Shown here piece after piece: positions 29,603-40,060 of a DNA stretch of 64,000 bases. The stretch comes from a virus. Below the pieces are notes generated by a model, which was given only the letters and a program-made list of their open reading frames with translations, ran no database searches and was not told the origin of the DNA. Location: the IMG/VR virus record IMGVR_UViG_3300031088_000734. One strand, given 5' to 3'. The translations under genes and the position numbers were made by a program. Within the stretch, counting starts at the first letter, position 1; every line of letters begins with the position of its first letter.

Positions 29603-30109
29603 ATGGAAAACGTCATTACTGCTATTCCATTTGTCTCGAAAGAAGTCCAATCTTTCGCTTCTTCTACTATTAAAGTTATTCCAGAAACTGAACGAGCTAC
29701 TATTGAACAGTTGGCTTCTATTCAAATTAAAGAACCCATGTTTGCCGTTGTTGAAGGTGAACGAAATTACATTTATTCTTTTTCGAAAGTTTTTGATGGT
29801 GTTAACAAAGAAATTGAAAAAATCAAGGGCAATAAAATTTCGAATATTGGTATTGCTGTAGCATCGGTTATAGTAGCTGCTATTTGTCTTGTATTATTAA
29901 AACATGGTTCTAGTAGTGATAGCATGCCAGATTTTATTGGCCTTTGTTCAACAGGGATTTTTTTATTATCTTTGTGGAAATTGGCTACCACTCGTTATAA
30001 GAAACTGATTAACAACCTTGAAGTCAAAAAGTCCTACGTTTTGAGTGAAAGTCAAGCTTATTTGAAAAACCTTGATGAAGAAGTCAAAAAGCCTGTTGTT
30101 GTCGTCTAA
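29603..30109 (+). CDS. Two-TM membrane protein
   Basis: GAGGT SD; two hydrophobic helices. Confidence 0.7.
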   Translation: MENVITAIPFVSKEVQSFASSTIKVIPETERATIEQLASIQIKEPMFAVVEGERNYIYSFSKVFDGVNKEIEKIKGNKISNIGIAVASVIVAAICLVLLKHGSSSDSMPDFIGLCSTGIFLLSLWKLATTRYKKLINNLEVKKSYVLSESQAYLKNLDEEVKKPVVVV

Positions 30110-30251
30110 CCTGATTGGATTTCAAAAGCCACTTCGGTGGCTTTTTTGTTGTCTAAATTTTATCAATTTTATGAAAATTTCAACCCTTATCCCTTTACCG
30201 TTGATTTTTTTTACAAATTGTGTTAGACTCAATTATTATCGGAGATTTCTT

Positions 30252-31754
30252 ATGTCTAAAATAACAACAGAAGATTGCAAATTATTCCTTTTTGATATAT
30301 ACAAAGATAAAAAAGTAACAGAATGGAAGCGAATTCGCAAATTTAAAGACGAAAATGGTGATTCATGTCGAGATTTTTCTCATTCTGATGGAACTTCTCT
30401 TACTTTGATCGAAAAAAATGGTCAATTATCCGTTCTGCCATTAGCAGTAATACAAAGTTTTATTAAAAGTGAAAAACCATCAGGAATTTCTACAAAAAGT
30501 GAAAAATCAAAGGGCGTTTCAATCTTGCCATTAACGCTTGAAAATAATAACGAATTGACTAGAAAAGCTCAATTTACAGTATTTGATGAAACACAACTAA
30601 AATCAGCTAAACGCTTAGTAAATGCGTTTGCTAAACCAAAAGAAGACCCAATTGAACCCAATTCCGACGCCAAAGGTTTTGACGCCATTCCCAACCTTAT
30701 TTACTTCTCATTTCTTGAAGACGCTAATTGTAATGAAATCGAATACTTAGAAACGATTGCTAAGGAGATGAACTTCAATGCCTTAATGAATGATATTGTT
30801 GTCTTCTTTATGCCATCGACGGTTTCATCCATGTGTGATCATCTGTCTCCATTGATTGAACCGTTGTTGCCGGTACCACTGCAGGAAATTGAAGAAATGT
30901 CGTTTACGTTGAATGATAGCAATTTGACGGTTACTGATGTCTTTGAACAACTCACCAAAGCAGGTTTTGTTTATAACCCAGATGGTTGTGCTTTGAGGTC
31001 ATTGTTTACTCAATACCAATTGATTGCCATTGATCCTGTTATCAATCCTGATGACAAAACTGCAGAATACAAGAAATCGTTCTTGGCTGCATTGAAAAAA
31101 GATGATGTGAACAAAATGAAAACTTTGATTGATTCGGGAATGCCATTGACATTTAAAGTCGGTGGAAAATCGTTATTAGCTAAAACAATGTATGAGAATA
31201 AGCTTGAATGTTTCAAGTATCTATTAACGCTCTATCCTAATACGGCTAATACAGGTAATGGGTCTGTTGATCAGGTGTGGGAAGGCGTCTGGTGGCCTAA
31301 TGATTGTTCTCGTTACTTCATGGCGAATGCTACTTATGACTTTACTCATTCCAATAAAACTGCACATCGTCATCTAGTTGGAACATTGGTTCATCATACT
31401 GAGTATTTTGACAGTATGAACCAACGAGTTAATCAAGAACTGTTCTCAGTAGCCTGTCTAGAATCTACATTAACGTATGATAGAGCTTATCCCGTGTTTA
31501 AGGATTTTGTCAAAAAAGCCATAGATGACTATCCAGTTACTGTTTCAAACAGCAAGGAAATGACTGAACAACTTGAACATGGTTTTATTATTCCACCTAT
31601 TTTAGAGCTTTTGGCTGGCAGTTCTTGTACGTTTGATGGAAAGACTGTCTTTGAAGTTGTACAGGCTAAAATTGATGAAATAGGCCATGATCCCAAAGGA
31701 TATATCAACAAGATTAATTATTATAAAGCTTTTTTGAGAAATCATAGTCGATAA
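30252..31754 (+). CDS. Multidomain protein with ankyrin-like repeats
   Basis: FLAALKKDDVNKMKTLIDSGM...G.SLLAKTMYENKLECFKYLL matches the ankyrin helix-turn-helix pattern. Confidence 0.6.
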   Translation: MSKITTEDCKLFLFDIYKDKKVTEWKRIRKFKDENGDSCRDFSHSDGTSLTLIEKNGQLSVLPLAVIQSFIKSEKPSGISTKSEKSKGVSILPLTLENNNELTRKAQFTVFDETQLKSAKRLVNAFAKPKEDPIEPNSDAKGFDAIPNLIYFSFLEDANCNEIEYLETIAKEMNFNALMNDIVVFFMPSTVSSMCDHLSPLIEPLLPVPLQEIEEMSFTLNDSNLTVTDVFEQLTKAGFVYNPDGCALRSLFTQYQLIAIDPVINPDDKTAEYKKSFLAALKKDDVNKMKTLIDSGMPLTFKVGGKSLLAKTMYENKLECFKYLLTLYPNTANTGNGSVDQVWEGVWWPNDCSRYFMANATYDFTHSNKTAHRHLVGTLVHHTEYFDSMNQRVNQELFSVACLESTLTYDRAYPVFKDFVKKAIDDYPVTVSNSKEMTEQLEHGFIIPPILELLAGSSCTFDGKTVFEVVQAKIDEIGHDPKGYINKINYYKAFLRNHSR

Positions 31755-31846
31755 TGTTAATTAAACCACTTCGGTGGTTTTTTTGTGACTATTTGAAAGA
31801 CAACAAAAAGCCCCACGATAGTGAGGCTTATTCAGTACATTAACGC

Positions 31847-32563
31847 TTAAAGAAAGTGAGCGGAACTTTTAGGCGTCAACTCATAACCAAACGACTGCAG
31901 GAATTTCTTGTCAAAAGCAATGATTTTATCCCGGTGTTTTTCACACTCTTCCGGCTCTTCAATTTTGTTGGCTTCAATGGCAGAAGCGGTGAACAAGTTA
32001 CCGTATATTTCAACCAGTGCCATCTGGTCAGCATCAATGGTTCCGATCTTGTGAATAGGTGTATGACCAATTTTATCTTCCCAGCCACGAATAACGGTTT
32101 GTTCGTTAATCAGTCCCGGCATGGAATCCATTGCAGCGACCATCAATGCAAAAGAATTGTCTGGCATAGAGCTTGTTTCGTCGGTGATATAACCAAACAA
32201 TGACACTTTCACGCCATCATTAGGCACCAGTTCAACCTTTTTACGCGATTTGGCGACACTGCCATAACGATACTTGCGATAACCAGACAGCATATTCTTT
32301 TTAGCGTCCGTAGGCTTACCATCCCGAGCATCTTGGAAGAGTTCAAGATAAACAGGTAGGCTTACCATCATCTTGTTGGTTACACCCAAGCAGATATGAT
32401 CCGAAGCGTGATGATAATGGGACACAATGATTTTGTCAGCAGTGTTGTAATTTTTTGGAAGACGTTCAGGATCATGAAGTCCTAGACGGTACTGTTCTTC
32501 AAACAGAGGGACATTATCACGGTCAATGTCATGACGGATAGCGATGACGACTTGGTTGCCCAT
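31847..32563 (-). CDS. Hypothetical protein
   Basis: GGAG SD; 238-aa ORF. Confidence 0.75.
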   Translation of the reverse strand: MGNQVVIAIRHDIDRDNVPLFEEQYRLGLHDPERLPKNYNTADKIIVSHYHHASDHICLGVTNKMMVSLPVYLELFQDARDGKPTDAKKNMLSGYRKYRYGSVAKSRKKVELVPNDGVKVSLFGYITDETSSMPDNSFALMVAAMDSMPGLINEQTVIRGWEDKIGHTPIHKIGTIDADQMALVEIYGNLFTASAIEANKIEEPEECEKHRDKIIAFDKKFLQSFGYELTPKSSAHFL

Positions 32564-32711
32564 TTTTTAAATCTCCAATAGTTTTGATGTGCCTATTTTA
32601 CTTAAATTGCATAAAGATGTACAGGTTTTTATTCATTATTATTTATCTTTCATTTTTGATGATTGTATGATATAATTGCATGTCATTTTGCTATTTTTTT
32701 AAGGTGTAATC

Positions 32712-33404
32712 ATGCTAACTCTTACTAAAACACATATAGAAACAGAAGTCTTTAAAGAGACTGTCTTGATTACGCCTGATCATGGTTCCTATGAGAATTT
32801 TGTGAGCGAATACAAAAAGAACATTTTTAATAAAGTTCAAGAAGTTATGGATTTTATCAGTCTTAAAATGGATGCAAAATTACGATTTCAAGTCAACGAA
32901 TTTGACAACATTTATGAAATTGCTTTGATGAAATTTAATTTCAGAAAGGTTACAGAAGGTAGATCGACCACTTGTATTATTACCTTTGATGGATATCTAA
33001 CTTTTGAGTGTAATAGATTTGCATTTAAATTTGACAATGCTTATTCATATTTCTACGCAATCTTGAATAAACAGTTAGATCTTGTTCAGTTTGAATACTC
33101 ATCAGTTCATTATAATAAACACAATGTTGATCGCAGTATCAACTTGAAATTTGATAAAGACACAAACATGACAGAATATCATTACACAGTTTGTTCTACT
33201 TTTTTTGGATGGGAGATTGGGCGGTTAAAAAGCAAAGACATGCTTTGCTCTTATGCTGATGAATTGTTTTTGCACACTACACTCACCAAAAGAACACCTT
33301 TGATGGATGAATTATTCCCAGAATTGTCTGTTGATGGTGTTTATGATTTTTCATCACAAGATTTTGCTGATCGATTGTCGATCTTTTCTATGCTAACTCT
33401 TTAA
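32712..33404 (+). CDS. Family A paralog
   Basis: ELFPELSVDGVYDFSSQDFADRLSIFSMLTL. Confidence 0.8.
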   Translation: MLTLTKTHIETEVFKETVLITPDHGSYENFVSEYKKNIFNKVQEVMDFISLKMDAKLRFQVNEFDNIYEIALMKFNFRKVTEGRSTTCIITFDGYLTFECNRFAFKFDNAYSYFYAILNKQLDLVQFEYSSVHYNKHNVDRSINLKFDKDTNMTEYHYTVCSTFFGWEIGRLKSKDMLCSYADELFLHTTLTKRTPLMDELFPELSVDGVYDFSSQDFADRLSIFSMLTL

Positions 33405-33416
33405 AGGTTTGACATA

Positions 33417-34025
33417 ATGAATATGGCAGATAACAGGCTAAAAGAAGCAGCAAATTTAGCGAAATCTAAAATTTGTGATTCTCTCTCACTCATTGAGCGA
33501 AAATTTAATATGAATTTTGATTTTAAAATCACCGAAAATGCTAAAAATATAGTATTTTCCAGTGTGAAAAACTATGATCTTAAATTCTATCAAACACACG
33601 GTAAAATTATATTTAAACCTGTTCATGATGAATTCATAGTTAAAGTTAATGACTTTAAACTGGCATTACCTAATGCCTTACAATCTTTTTTTATTATTAT
33701 ATTTAATGATAATTTTGATATCATATCCATAAAATTTACATCTTACAAAAAACTACCTTTTGGGCTTTCTAAAATAATTGTACTTTTTGATGATCAACTT
33801 GAACTTGATAATATTGAATACTATTCAACTTCCGGCAACTCTTTCAATAAATCTAAATGCTTATTAAACTCTTTTACGGATGAAGTTTTGCTGTTTATTT
33901 TATTCAACAATACCACTGATGTGGTAAAAGAATTGTTGCCAGAGTATCACATTCCATCGGCTTATGATTTTTCATCACAAGATTTTGCTGACCGATTAAA
34001 TGTTTTTTCCATGCTAACACTTTGA
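33417..34025 (+). CDS. Family A paralog
   Basis: ELLPEYHIPSAYDFSSQDFADRLNVFSMLTL. Confidence 0.8.
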   Translation: MNMADNRLKEAANLAKSKICDSLSLIERKFNMNFDFKITENAKNIVFSSVKNYDLKFYQTHGKIIFKPVHDEFIVKVNDFKLALPNALQSFFIIIFNDNFDIISIKFTSYKKLPFGLSKIIVLFDDQLELDNIEYYSTSGNSFNKSKCLLNSFTDEVLLFILFNNTTDVVKELLPEYHIPSAYDFSSQDFADRLNVFSMLTL

Positions 34026-34041
34026 TAATGGAACTTATATT

Positions 34042-34707
34042 ATGAACAAAATTGAGTATTATTACGAAGTAAAAGAAGAAGACTTAAAACTAAACGATAG
34101 CTTTGTCGCTGCAAAAAAAATAGTTATTGATAAAATTTTTGCAACTATCAAATATATTGAAGACAGATTTAATGTTTCTATTTCTTGTCTTTTAAAAAAT
34201 GATAATACAATTATTTTTGAGAGTATTGGACCAGTAGATTTCGAAATATCTATAAATAAAAACACTTCAGATGAAAAATTGTCTTATATTGCAAAATCTG
34301 ATACAAACTACATTTCGTTTTTAGTCTATGACTATGCTTTTTCTTTAAAAAACAAATGTAAATTCACTGTTGAATTTGATTCAAATTTAAATTTTCTAAC
34401 ACTTTCGATACTGTCATCAAGACTCAATAAATCAAGAACAAAATTTTCTTTTCTGTCTTTAAACTTTGACACTAATCTTAATTGCAGTAGTATTGAACAT
34501 ATAGATCAAGATAACGATTATAATCTTTCGAAGACTGTTGATACATTGTCAACTTATGAAGATGAGTTAATGTTATTTAAGATCTATGAAAGCAATCGAG
34601 AGACTTTGATAAATGATTTCCCTGAGTTCTATATTCCAGCAGCTTATGATTTTCAATCGGAACAATTTGCAAATCGTATCAAAGTTTTTTTAATGTTAAC
34701 TTTTTAA
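34042..34707 (+). CDS. Family A paralog
   Basis: DFPEFYIPAAYDFQSEQFANRIKVFLMLTF. Confidence 0.8.
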   Translation: MNKIEYYYEVKEEDLKLNDSFVAAKKIVIDKIFATIKYIEDRFNVSISCLLKNDNTIIFESIGPVDFEISINKNTSDEKLSYIAKSDTNYISFLVYDYAFSLKNKCKFTVEFDSNLNFLTLSILSSRLNKSRTKFSFLSLNFDTNLNCSSIEHIDQDNDYNLSKTVDTLSTYEDELMLFKIYESNRETLINDFPEFYIPAAYDFQSEQFANRIKVFLMLTF

Positions 34708-34723
34708 TTAGGAAAAACCCAAT

Positions 34724-35365
34724 ATGTTAAATACACAAGCTACATTACAAGAATTTAATGAGTACATTCAAGAAAAAAAGAAATCAATTATACAAAAGAT
34801 CCATGAATCCATTTTCAAAATTGAACAACATTTCAATATTAAATTTACCTATGATGTGATGGAATTTGATAATGATATCATTATTAAAGGTGTTGATGAG
34901 TATTCTTTTACTGTTTCCAAATGGTTTCAATCAAAAATACATCCTTATAATTTATTGAAATTTAATTGCACTGGATTTCCTTTTGTCCTTCCTAATAGTC
35001 ATAAAACGATTTTTTTTATTACGTTTAATGATGATTTTGATATTAAAGAAGCTCAATTTAGGACTTCATTTTTGACTAAGAAAGGCAATATAACTGGTCT
35101 AAAGATTTTTTTTGATAAATCACTTGAGTTGAATCTTATAGAAAATAGTTATATTCCAAGTGGTGGTGGCAAAAACAGTTATAGTTTAAAAACATCAGAA
35201 ATGATGTGTCCATTTTCAGATGAGGTTATTTTATTTCGATTGTCTTATAACACAAGTGAAGAAGTTCAAGAACTGTTACCAGAATTCTACATTCCATCAG
35301 CCTACAATTTCCAATCAGAAGATTTCAAAAATAGATTAGCCGTTTATGAAATGATGACTACTTAA
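34724..35365 (+). CDS. Family A paralog
   Basis: ELLPEFYIPSAYNFQSEDFKNRLAVYEMMTT. Confidence 0.8.
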   Translation: MLNTQATLQEFNEYIQEKKKSIIQKIHESIFKIEQHFNIKFTYDVMEFDNDIIIKGVDEYSFTVSKWFQSKIHPYNLLKFNCTGFPFVLPNSHKTIFFITFNDDFDIKEAQFRTSFLTKKGNITGLKIFFDKSLELNLIENSYIPSGGGKNSYSLKTSEMMCPFSDEVILFRLSYNTSEEVQELLPEFYIPSAYNFQSEDFKNRLAVYEMMTT

Positions 35366-35446
35366 ATAGATTGACTTTTTAATATTGTTATTATATATTA
35401 TGCAATTACTTTAAATATTGCTTATTAATTTAACTGAGGATTACAT

Positions 35447-35989
35447 ATGAATAGAGATTTTGTTATATCTGGCAATGCTAATTTGTTTGTAACTGCAGAT
35501 GATTTCAAAGTATATGTCTACGATATATTTGAAAAAGCAAAACCTGCTATATTTGATATGGTTGGTCAATCCTTTGACATGAACCTTGATGATCTTGATC
35601 CAACTGTTAAACCTGTCGCTATTAAAAAAGATCCTAATGTGCCAAAAATGGAATGGACTTACGAACTAACTTTTAAATATACACTTAAGTTCGAAGTTAG
35701 ATTAGATATGGTGCCACAATCAAAATTAATTATTAATCTTGATAATGATTTCAACGCATCTGGTGCTCTTGTTTCCTTTTCAACGATTAATGGTGTATCA
35801 GAAGATTTTAAATCAACCAAGATTTATTTTGGTGCTGATGAACCATCCTGTCGTATTGAAATTCGCCAAAAAGAAAATAAAGATTCAGATCTTGTTAGCC
35901 ATACTGAACTATTTGATGGTACGGTTATTGAAGCTGCTATTAAGGCAAAAACCTTTTTTGATAGAAGTTCAATTGAATCTTTAACTTAA
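35447..35989 (+). CDS. Hypothetical protein, probable distant paralog of 36054..36626
   Basis: GAGG SD; similar DF......FE.AK start. Confidence 0.65.
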   Translation: MNRDFVISGNANLFVTADDFKVYVYDIFEKAKPAIFDMVGQSFDMNLDDLDPTVKPVAIKKDPNVPKMEWTYELTFKYTLKFEVRLDMVPQSKLIINLDNDFNASGALVSFSTINGVSEDFKSTKIYFGADEPSCRIEIRQKENKDSDLVSHTELFDGTVIEAAIKAKTFFDRSSIESLT

Positions 35990-36053
35990 TTTTACTTTAT
36001 TTTTTTACAATATTATGATAATATACTACCTTATTCCAAATTATAGGTGATTC

Positions 36054-36626
36054 ATGTTGAAATTTAGATCTCATCTTCACAATTATGCATCCATTGCTGA
36101 TTTTGAAAAAGGCTGCCTTGAAAAATTTGAGTTAGCAAAAAAAGAGTTGATTGCTGTCTTAGGTGTAGACTGCAATATTGAATTGTCTGGTTTTAATCCG
36201 CAGTTTAATATTGAACCATTTTATTTAGAATCTTTTAATTTTTCGATGACCTGTTACGAATATGTGATGACATTCCAACATGGTTCTTCAACATTTGATG
36301 AGACGTTGGTGGGTTTGATTAAGTTACGTTTTGTTCAGCTTGATGAAAACTTAAATTTAAAAAGTCTTGCATTACAGCATCTGGTTATTGGTAAACTTTC
36401 AGAAAATGACCTTTCTCATTCTAGCGTTAAGGTTTCTTATTCTATTCCAGAAAAATGTGGTAATGTGATTATAAAGTATTCTCCTGATATCCATGATGGT
36501 ATGGTTAAGGAAAATTTAACTTTAAATGATACACTTGCTTCGATTGTTGACAAAGCTACTTCTGTTTTAAATAAGCTTAAAGAAGCTGTAAAAAACTCAG
36601 AAGCAATATTGGAACCAATTAAGTAA
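36054..36626 (+). CDS. Hypothetical protein
   Basis: AGGTGA SD. Confidence 0.7.
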   Translation: MLKFRSHLHNYASIADFEKGCLEKFELAKKELIAVLGVDCNIELSGFNPQFNIEPFYLESFNFSMTCYEYVMTFQHGSSTFDETLVGLIKLRFVQLDENLNLKSLALQHLVIGKLSENDLSHSSVKVSYSIPEKCGNVIIKYSPDIHDGMVKENLTLNDTLASIVDKATSVLNKLKEAVKNSEAILEPIK

Positions 36627-36757
36627 TTTGTTAGATTAAATAATTGAAGGCTCATTGTATATGAGCCTTTTTCATTTACAACAATTTAGTGTTACATATT
36701 GAAACATTATTGACTTCAATATATAATGAGACTACCTAATTAACAATCGGAATAATA

Positions 36758-37000
36758 ATGCACACTCGCAATACGCTTCATTTGAATGACCAACAACTTG
36801 ACCTTATTGAAAACATCCTCTCAAACACTCAACTTCATGTAACTGATGATTTTGTTGTTGAACAACTTGTCAATAAAGGCATTATGCGTTATCCAGCCGA
36901 AAAAGTGATGCAATATCGTTCTTTTTACTTTGAGCACAAAAATAAGGCCATTAAGACACCATTGCGTCATGGATTGTCAGCGTCCAATCAAGTTATCTAA
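36758..37000 (+). CDS. Hypothetical protein
   Basis: TTGACT-17-TATAAT promoter, ORF. Confidence 0.65.
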   Translation: MHTRNTLHLNDQQLDLIENILSNTQLHVTDDFVVEQLVNKGIMRYPAEKVMQYRSFYFEHKNKAIKTPLRHGLSASNQVI

Positions 37001-37117
37001 TCTTTTGTATTTTTGTAATCCTCACCATTGTGGGTATTTTTCATTTTCTAATGATTATTTGTTGTAAATCCTCATATATGTAAGGATTTTGTTATTGAAA
37101 ATATTATTTTTAGTGTT

Positions 37118-37735
37118 ATGTTGAAAAGAAGTAAACGTAACTATTATAATATTATGGATCAATTAGCCGAGTTATTTTCAAAGCAAACCTATCAAGAAGA
37201 TGGCATTACACAAGGACAAGTTATTAGTCTTGCTAAACATCATAAAAAAACACATTCTCAAATCATTGTAAGCCTTTCTAAGATAGAAGGCTTGAATTTG
37301 ATTACATCCGTCGATTCTTTCGCTAAACGAAGAACCAATATCAGACAACAAGAAGGATATCTTTTCAAAGATGGCTCTGTTCTTGTTAAATCTAATGGTG
37401 AGTTTGTTGCCTTCACTATTGATGAAAGCTCTCAATGGTTGAGAGGTTTAGGTACAAAACCATTTGATTTATCGGCTGTTGAGGCCGGGGCAGAATTTAC
37501 CCTTCGATCTGGTGTTGGATTTTCAGTAGTTGAAATTGATTATCAAAAAAATTTACCATTGACCATAAAATTGAATAATGATCATTCTATCATTGTATAC
37601 AAAAATGATGGTAAATCAGACCAATATCAGTTCGCTGCTTACGATTTATTGATTGTCACTCCAACCGAAAAACTATTCCCAGTAGACAACGGTAACAAGA
37701 AGAACACGAATATTTTATCAATGCTGTTGAAATAA
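37118..37735 (+). CDS. Hypothetical protein
   Basis: 205-aa ORF. Confidence 0.65.
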   Translation: MLKRSKRNYYNIMDQLAELFSKQTYQEDGITQGQVISLAKHHKKTHSQIIVSLSKIEGLNLITSVDSFAKRRTNIRQQEGYLFKDGSVLVKSNGEFVAFTIDESSQWLRGLGTKPFDLSAVEAGAEFTLRSGVGFSVVEIDYQKNLPLTIKLNNDHSIIVYKNDGKSDQYQFAAYDLLIVTPTEKLFPVDNGNKKNTNILSMLLK

Positions 37736-37771
37736 GTAACACATCATGCTATAATTGAGAAAAATTCGGAG

Positions 37772-38134
37772 ATGATCATGTTAAAGATGCTAAGTAAATT
37801 GTTTAGTACAGAAAAACGTGTGTTGGCAGTTGTTTTTGATGATGGCAGAGTGTTGATCTTCAATGAGAAGAATTTTGAGAGAAATTCTCATCTTGCTTCT
37901 TATGTGACAGATGACTTTGAAATTATTGGTAAACAAGTTGACGGTGTTCAATCGGCTAAAATTGATTATTACGATGGAATGGTTCACATGCCAGACCAAA
38001 CGTTGTATTCAATCCCTTATGACCAAGAGAAACGCCCAGACACTTCACCATCACTACCTAAGTCTGTTCGTAATGCTGTCTGGAACTATCTGGAAGGTGC
38101 AGAAGATAAGGTTCAAATTAAAATGGCGTCCTAG
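37772..38134 (+). CDS. Hypothetical protein
   Basis: GGAG SD. Confidence 0.65.
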   Translation: MIMLKMLSKLFSTEKRVLAVVFDDGRVLIFNEKNFERNSHLASYVTDDFEIIGKQVDGVQSAKIDYYDGMVHMPDQTLYSIPYDQEKRPDTSPSLPKSVRNAVWNYLEGAEDKVQIKMAS

Positions 38135-38264
38135 TGGCGTCTTTTTTTTGCTTTTAATTTCCTATCAATCATCAAGTTAAGGCCGCGTTTGGCACTAAAA
38201 ACTTGTATTAGATGGCGACATTTGGTATAATAACCTACTTTCAAAGAGCCTAGGAGCTTTTAAA

Positions 38265-38792
38265 ATGCCAACTAAATACATTCGTCATCAGTCTCGCTTT
38301 GTTGTTTTTCATGAAAAGATTGTCCACAGTGAAATGGCCCATCGTCTTTTTGGTCGTGACAAACTGATTCATGGGGCTGGTTTCATCAAACTGTTTCTTG
38401 ATGATGGTCAAGTGAAAGCTAACTGCTATGGTGAGAGCGAATCGTTGCGTGTAGGCACTCGACGTGATGACCATACTCATATCTTGGACGCCATCGGTGT
38501 TGAGAATGAAGGCGATGTAGAGCATGCTAAATACGTCATCTGGCGTGGTAAGGCGGTTGTCTTTTCTAATGATCTTGAACACAAAGCCGTAGCAGAAGCA
38601 GCGTTTTTGGGCAGTTCGGATTGTGAAAGTGCTGGTTTCATCAAGTTCATTTTTACAACGGCTGGTAAGGTCAAAGTCCATTGCTATGGTGAAAGCATGA
38701 GCCTTGGTGTTTCGTCTCAGCCAAAGGACTTCAGAACGATTGCAGACTTGATGGGCATTCCAGAAGCCAATCTGCATTTTAGTAAACAGTGA
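38265..38792 (+). CDS. Protein made of two tandem copies of one small domain
   Basis: KYI..VVF...H..A..AGFIK....VK..CYGES.SL.V occurs twice. Confidence 0.8.
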   Translation: MPTKYIRHQSRFVVFHEKIVHSEMAHRLFGRDKLIHGAGFIKLFLDDGQVKANCYGESESLRVGTRRDDHTHILDAIGVENEGDVEHAKYVIWRGKAVVFSNDLEHKAVAEAAFLGSSDCESAGFIKFIFTTAGKVKVHCYGESMSLGVSSQPKDFRTIADLMGIPEANLHFSKQ

Positions 38793-38823
38793 TAGGTAGT
38801 ATAGTCAATACGGAGTTTTGATC

Positions 38824-39039
38824 ATGAATAAACCATTGAATAAAAATGTGCAGTTTGTAAAGGTTAAACAAGATGGTGTTGGGATTGATATTCCTTACCG
38901 TGTAAAAACTTTTGGTGATAAAGAGTGCATCGTGATTGTAGATAAGAAGGCGACCACTTTCAGTAATGATAAACTTTATCAAGACATGGACTGCTATAAG
39001 GCCGATCAACAAGTGAAAGTTCAGCAATATAAAAAGTAA
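38824..39039 (+). CDS. Hypothetical protein
   Basis: GGAG SD. Confidence 0.6.
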   Translation: MNKPLNKNVQFVKVKQDGVGIDIPYRVKTFGDKECIVIVDKKATTFSNDKLYQDMDCYKADQQVKVQQYKK

Positions 39040-39083
39040 ACATAGTATCCAGAGAACAAAAAAGGTAGCCTAAGCTACCTTTT

Positions 39084-39974
39084 TTATTGACCGTTGTAAT
39101 GTATTTTCACGTCTGTATAATAACCTGTTGAAGCACCCGATCTTGTTGTAGGTGTTGCATAGGCTCCTATTCCTGCTGGTGTATTAACAAATTTATAGAA
39201 TACTGGTGAATATGACGTAGAGCCTACTTTTACGATTGAAATAGAATAATCTATTTTACCGCCAGTTGGCACATATAATTTTTCTGCAAGAACGAACTTA
39301 TTGAATTTATTATCTAGCATTGTGTTGGTGTCATAGGCTGGTGAAGATACACATGTTCCGTTTACACATGCTTTTAAGGTTAATTTGTAAGTAGATTTAT
39401 TTACATAGTTTGCAAATACTATAGATAGTGCCGTTACATCTCCTGATGGTATATTGGTTATGCTTGACGCAAATACACCCGTATTAGGCCAAATTAACAA
39501 ATCAGTTGATGTTTTAGGGATGTTTTCCGATAATGTAAATACTCCCGTAAATTTAGCTGTTGATACTTCTACACTTGTGGTTTTCTCAACAAACTCACCT
39601 TTTCCATTTACTGCTTTTATTGTAAAGGTGTATGTTCCTGATACGGGTGGAACAACATTGATTGACGTTCCGCTTATTTTTGTGAATTCTGTTCCTGTAT
39701 TTGCCGTAGCAATGTTACTTTTAATGTAAATTTCTTGAGTGCTTGTTGTTTCCCAATTAAGTGTTATTTGAGTGTTAGCTTCTACGCTTGCAGATGACGA
39801 ATCAAAAGAAATTATAGTAGGCGGTTGCTCTACTGGCGGCAATGGTTCTTCTGTTTCAGGAGTATTAATAAATCTTATTTGTGGTTTGGCATCAAATCTT
39901 ACTTCATATCCAGCGTAGGAAACTGACATGGCAATTCCAGCCAATATCGAAATGGTTAAGTAACTCTTTTTCAT
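39084..39974 (-). CDS. Secreted Ig-like protein (AGYEVRF N-terminus family)
   Basis: Signal peptide, Pro/Glu linker, IISFDSS...ITLNW and GTYTFTIKAVN shared with 3271..5103. Confidence 0.75.
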   Translation of the reverse strand: MKKSYLTISILAGIAMSVSYAGYEVRFDAKPQIRFINTPETEEPLPPVEQPPTIISFDSSSASVEANTQITLNWETTSTQEIYIKSNIATANTGTEFTKISGTSINVVPPVSGTYTFTIKAVNGKGEFVEKTTSVEVSTAKFTGVFTLSENIPKTSTDLLIWPNTGVFASSITNIPSGDVTALSIVFANYVNKSTYKLTLKACVNGTCVSSPAYDTNTMLDNKFNKFVLAEKLYVPTGGKIDYSISIVKVGSTSYSPVFYKFVNTPAGIGAYATPTTRSGASTGYYTDVKIHYNGQ

Positions 39975-40060
39975 ATTTATTATTTTTATTGTTTATTATT
40001 ACTATAATATAAAACAGATAAAAGTCAATTAATAATAAAGATAGTCAAGTATTTTCAATA

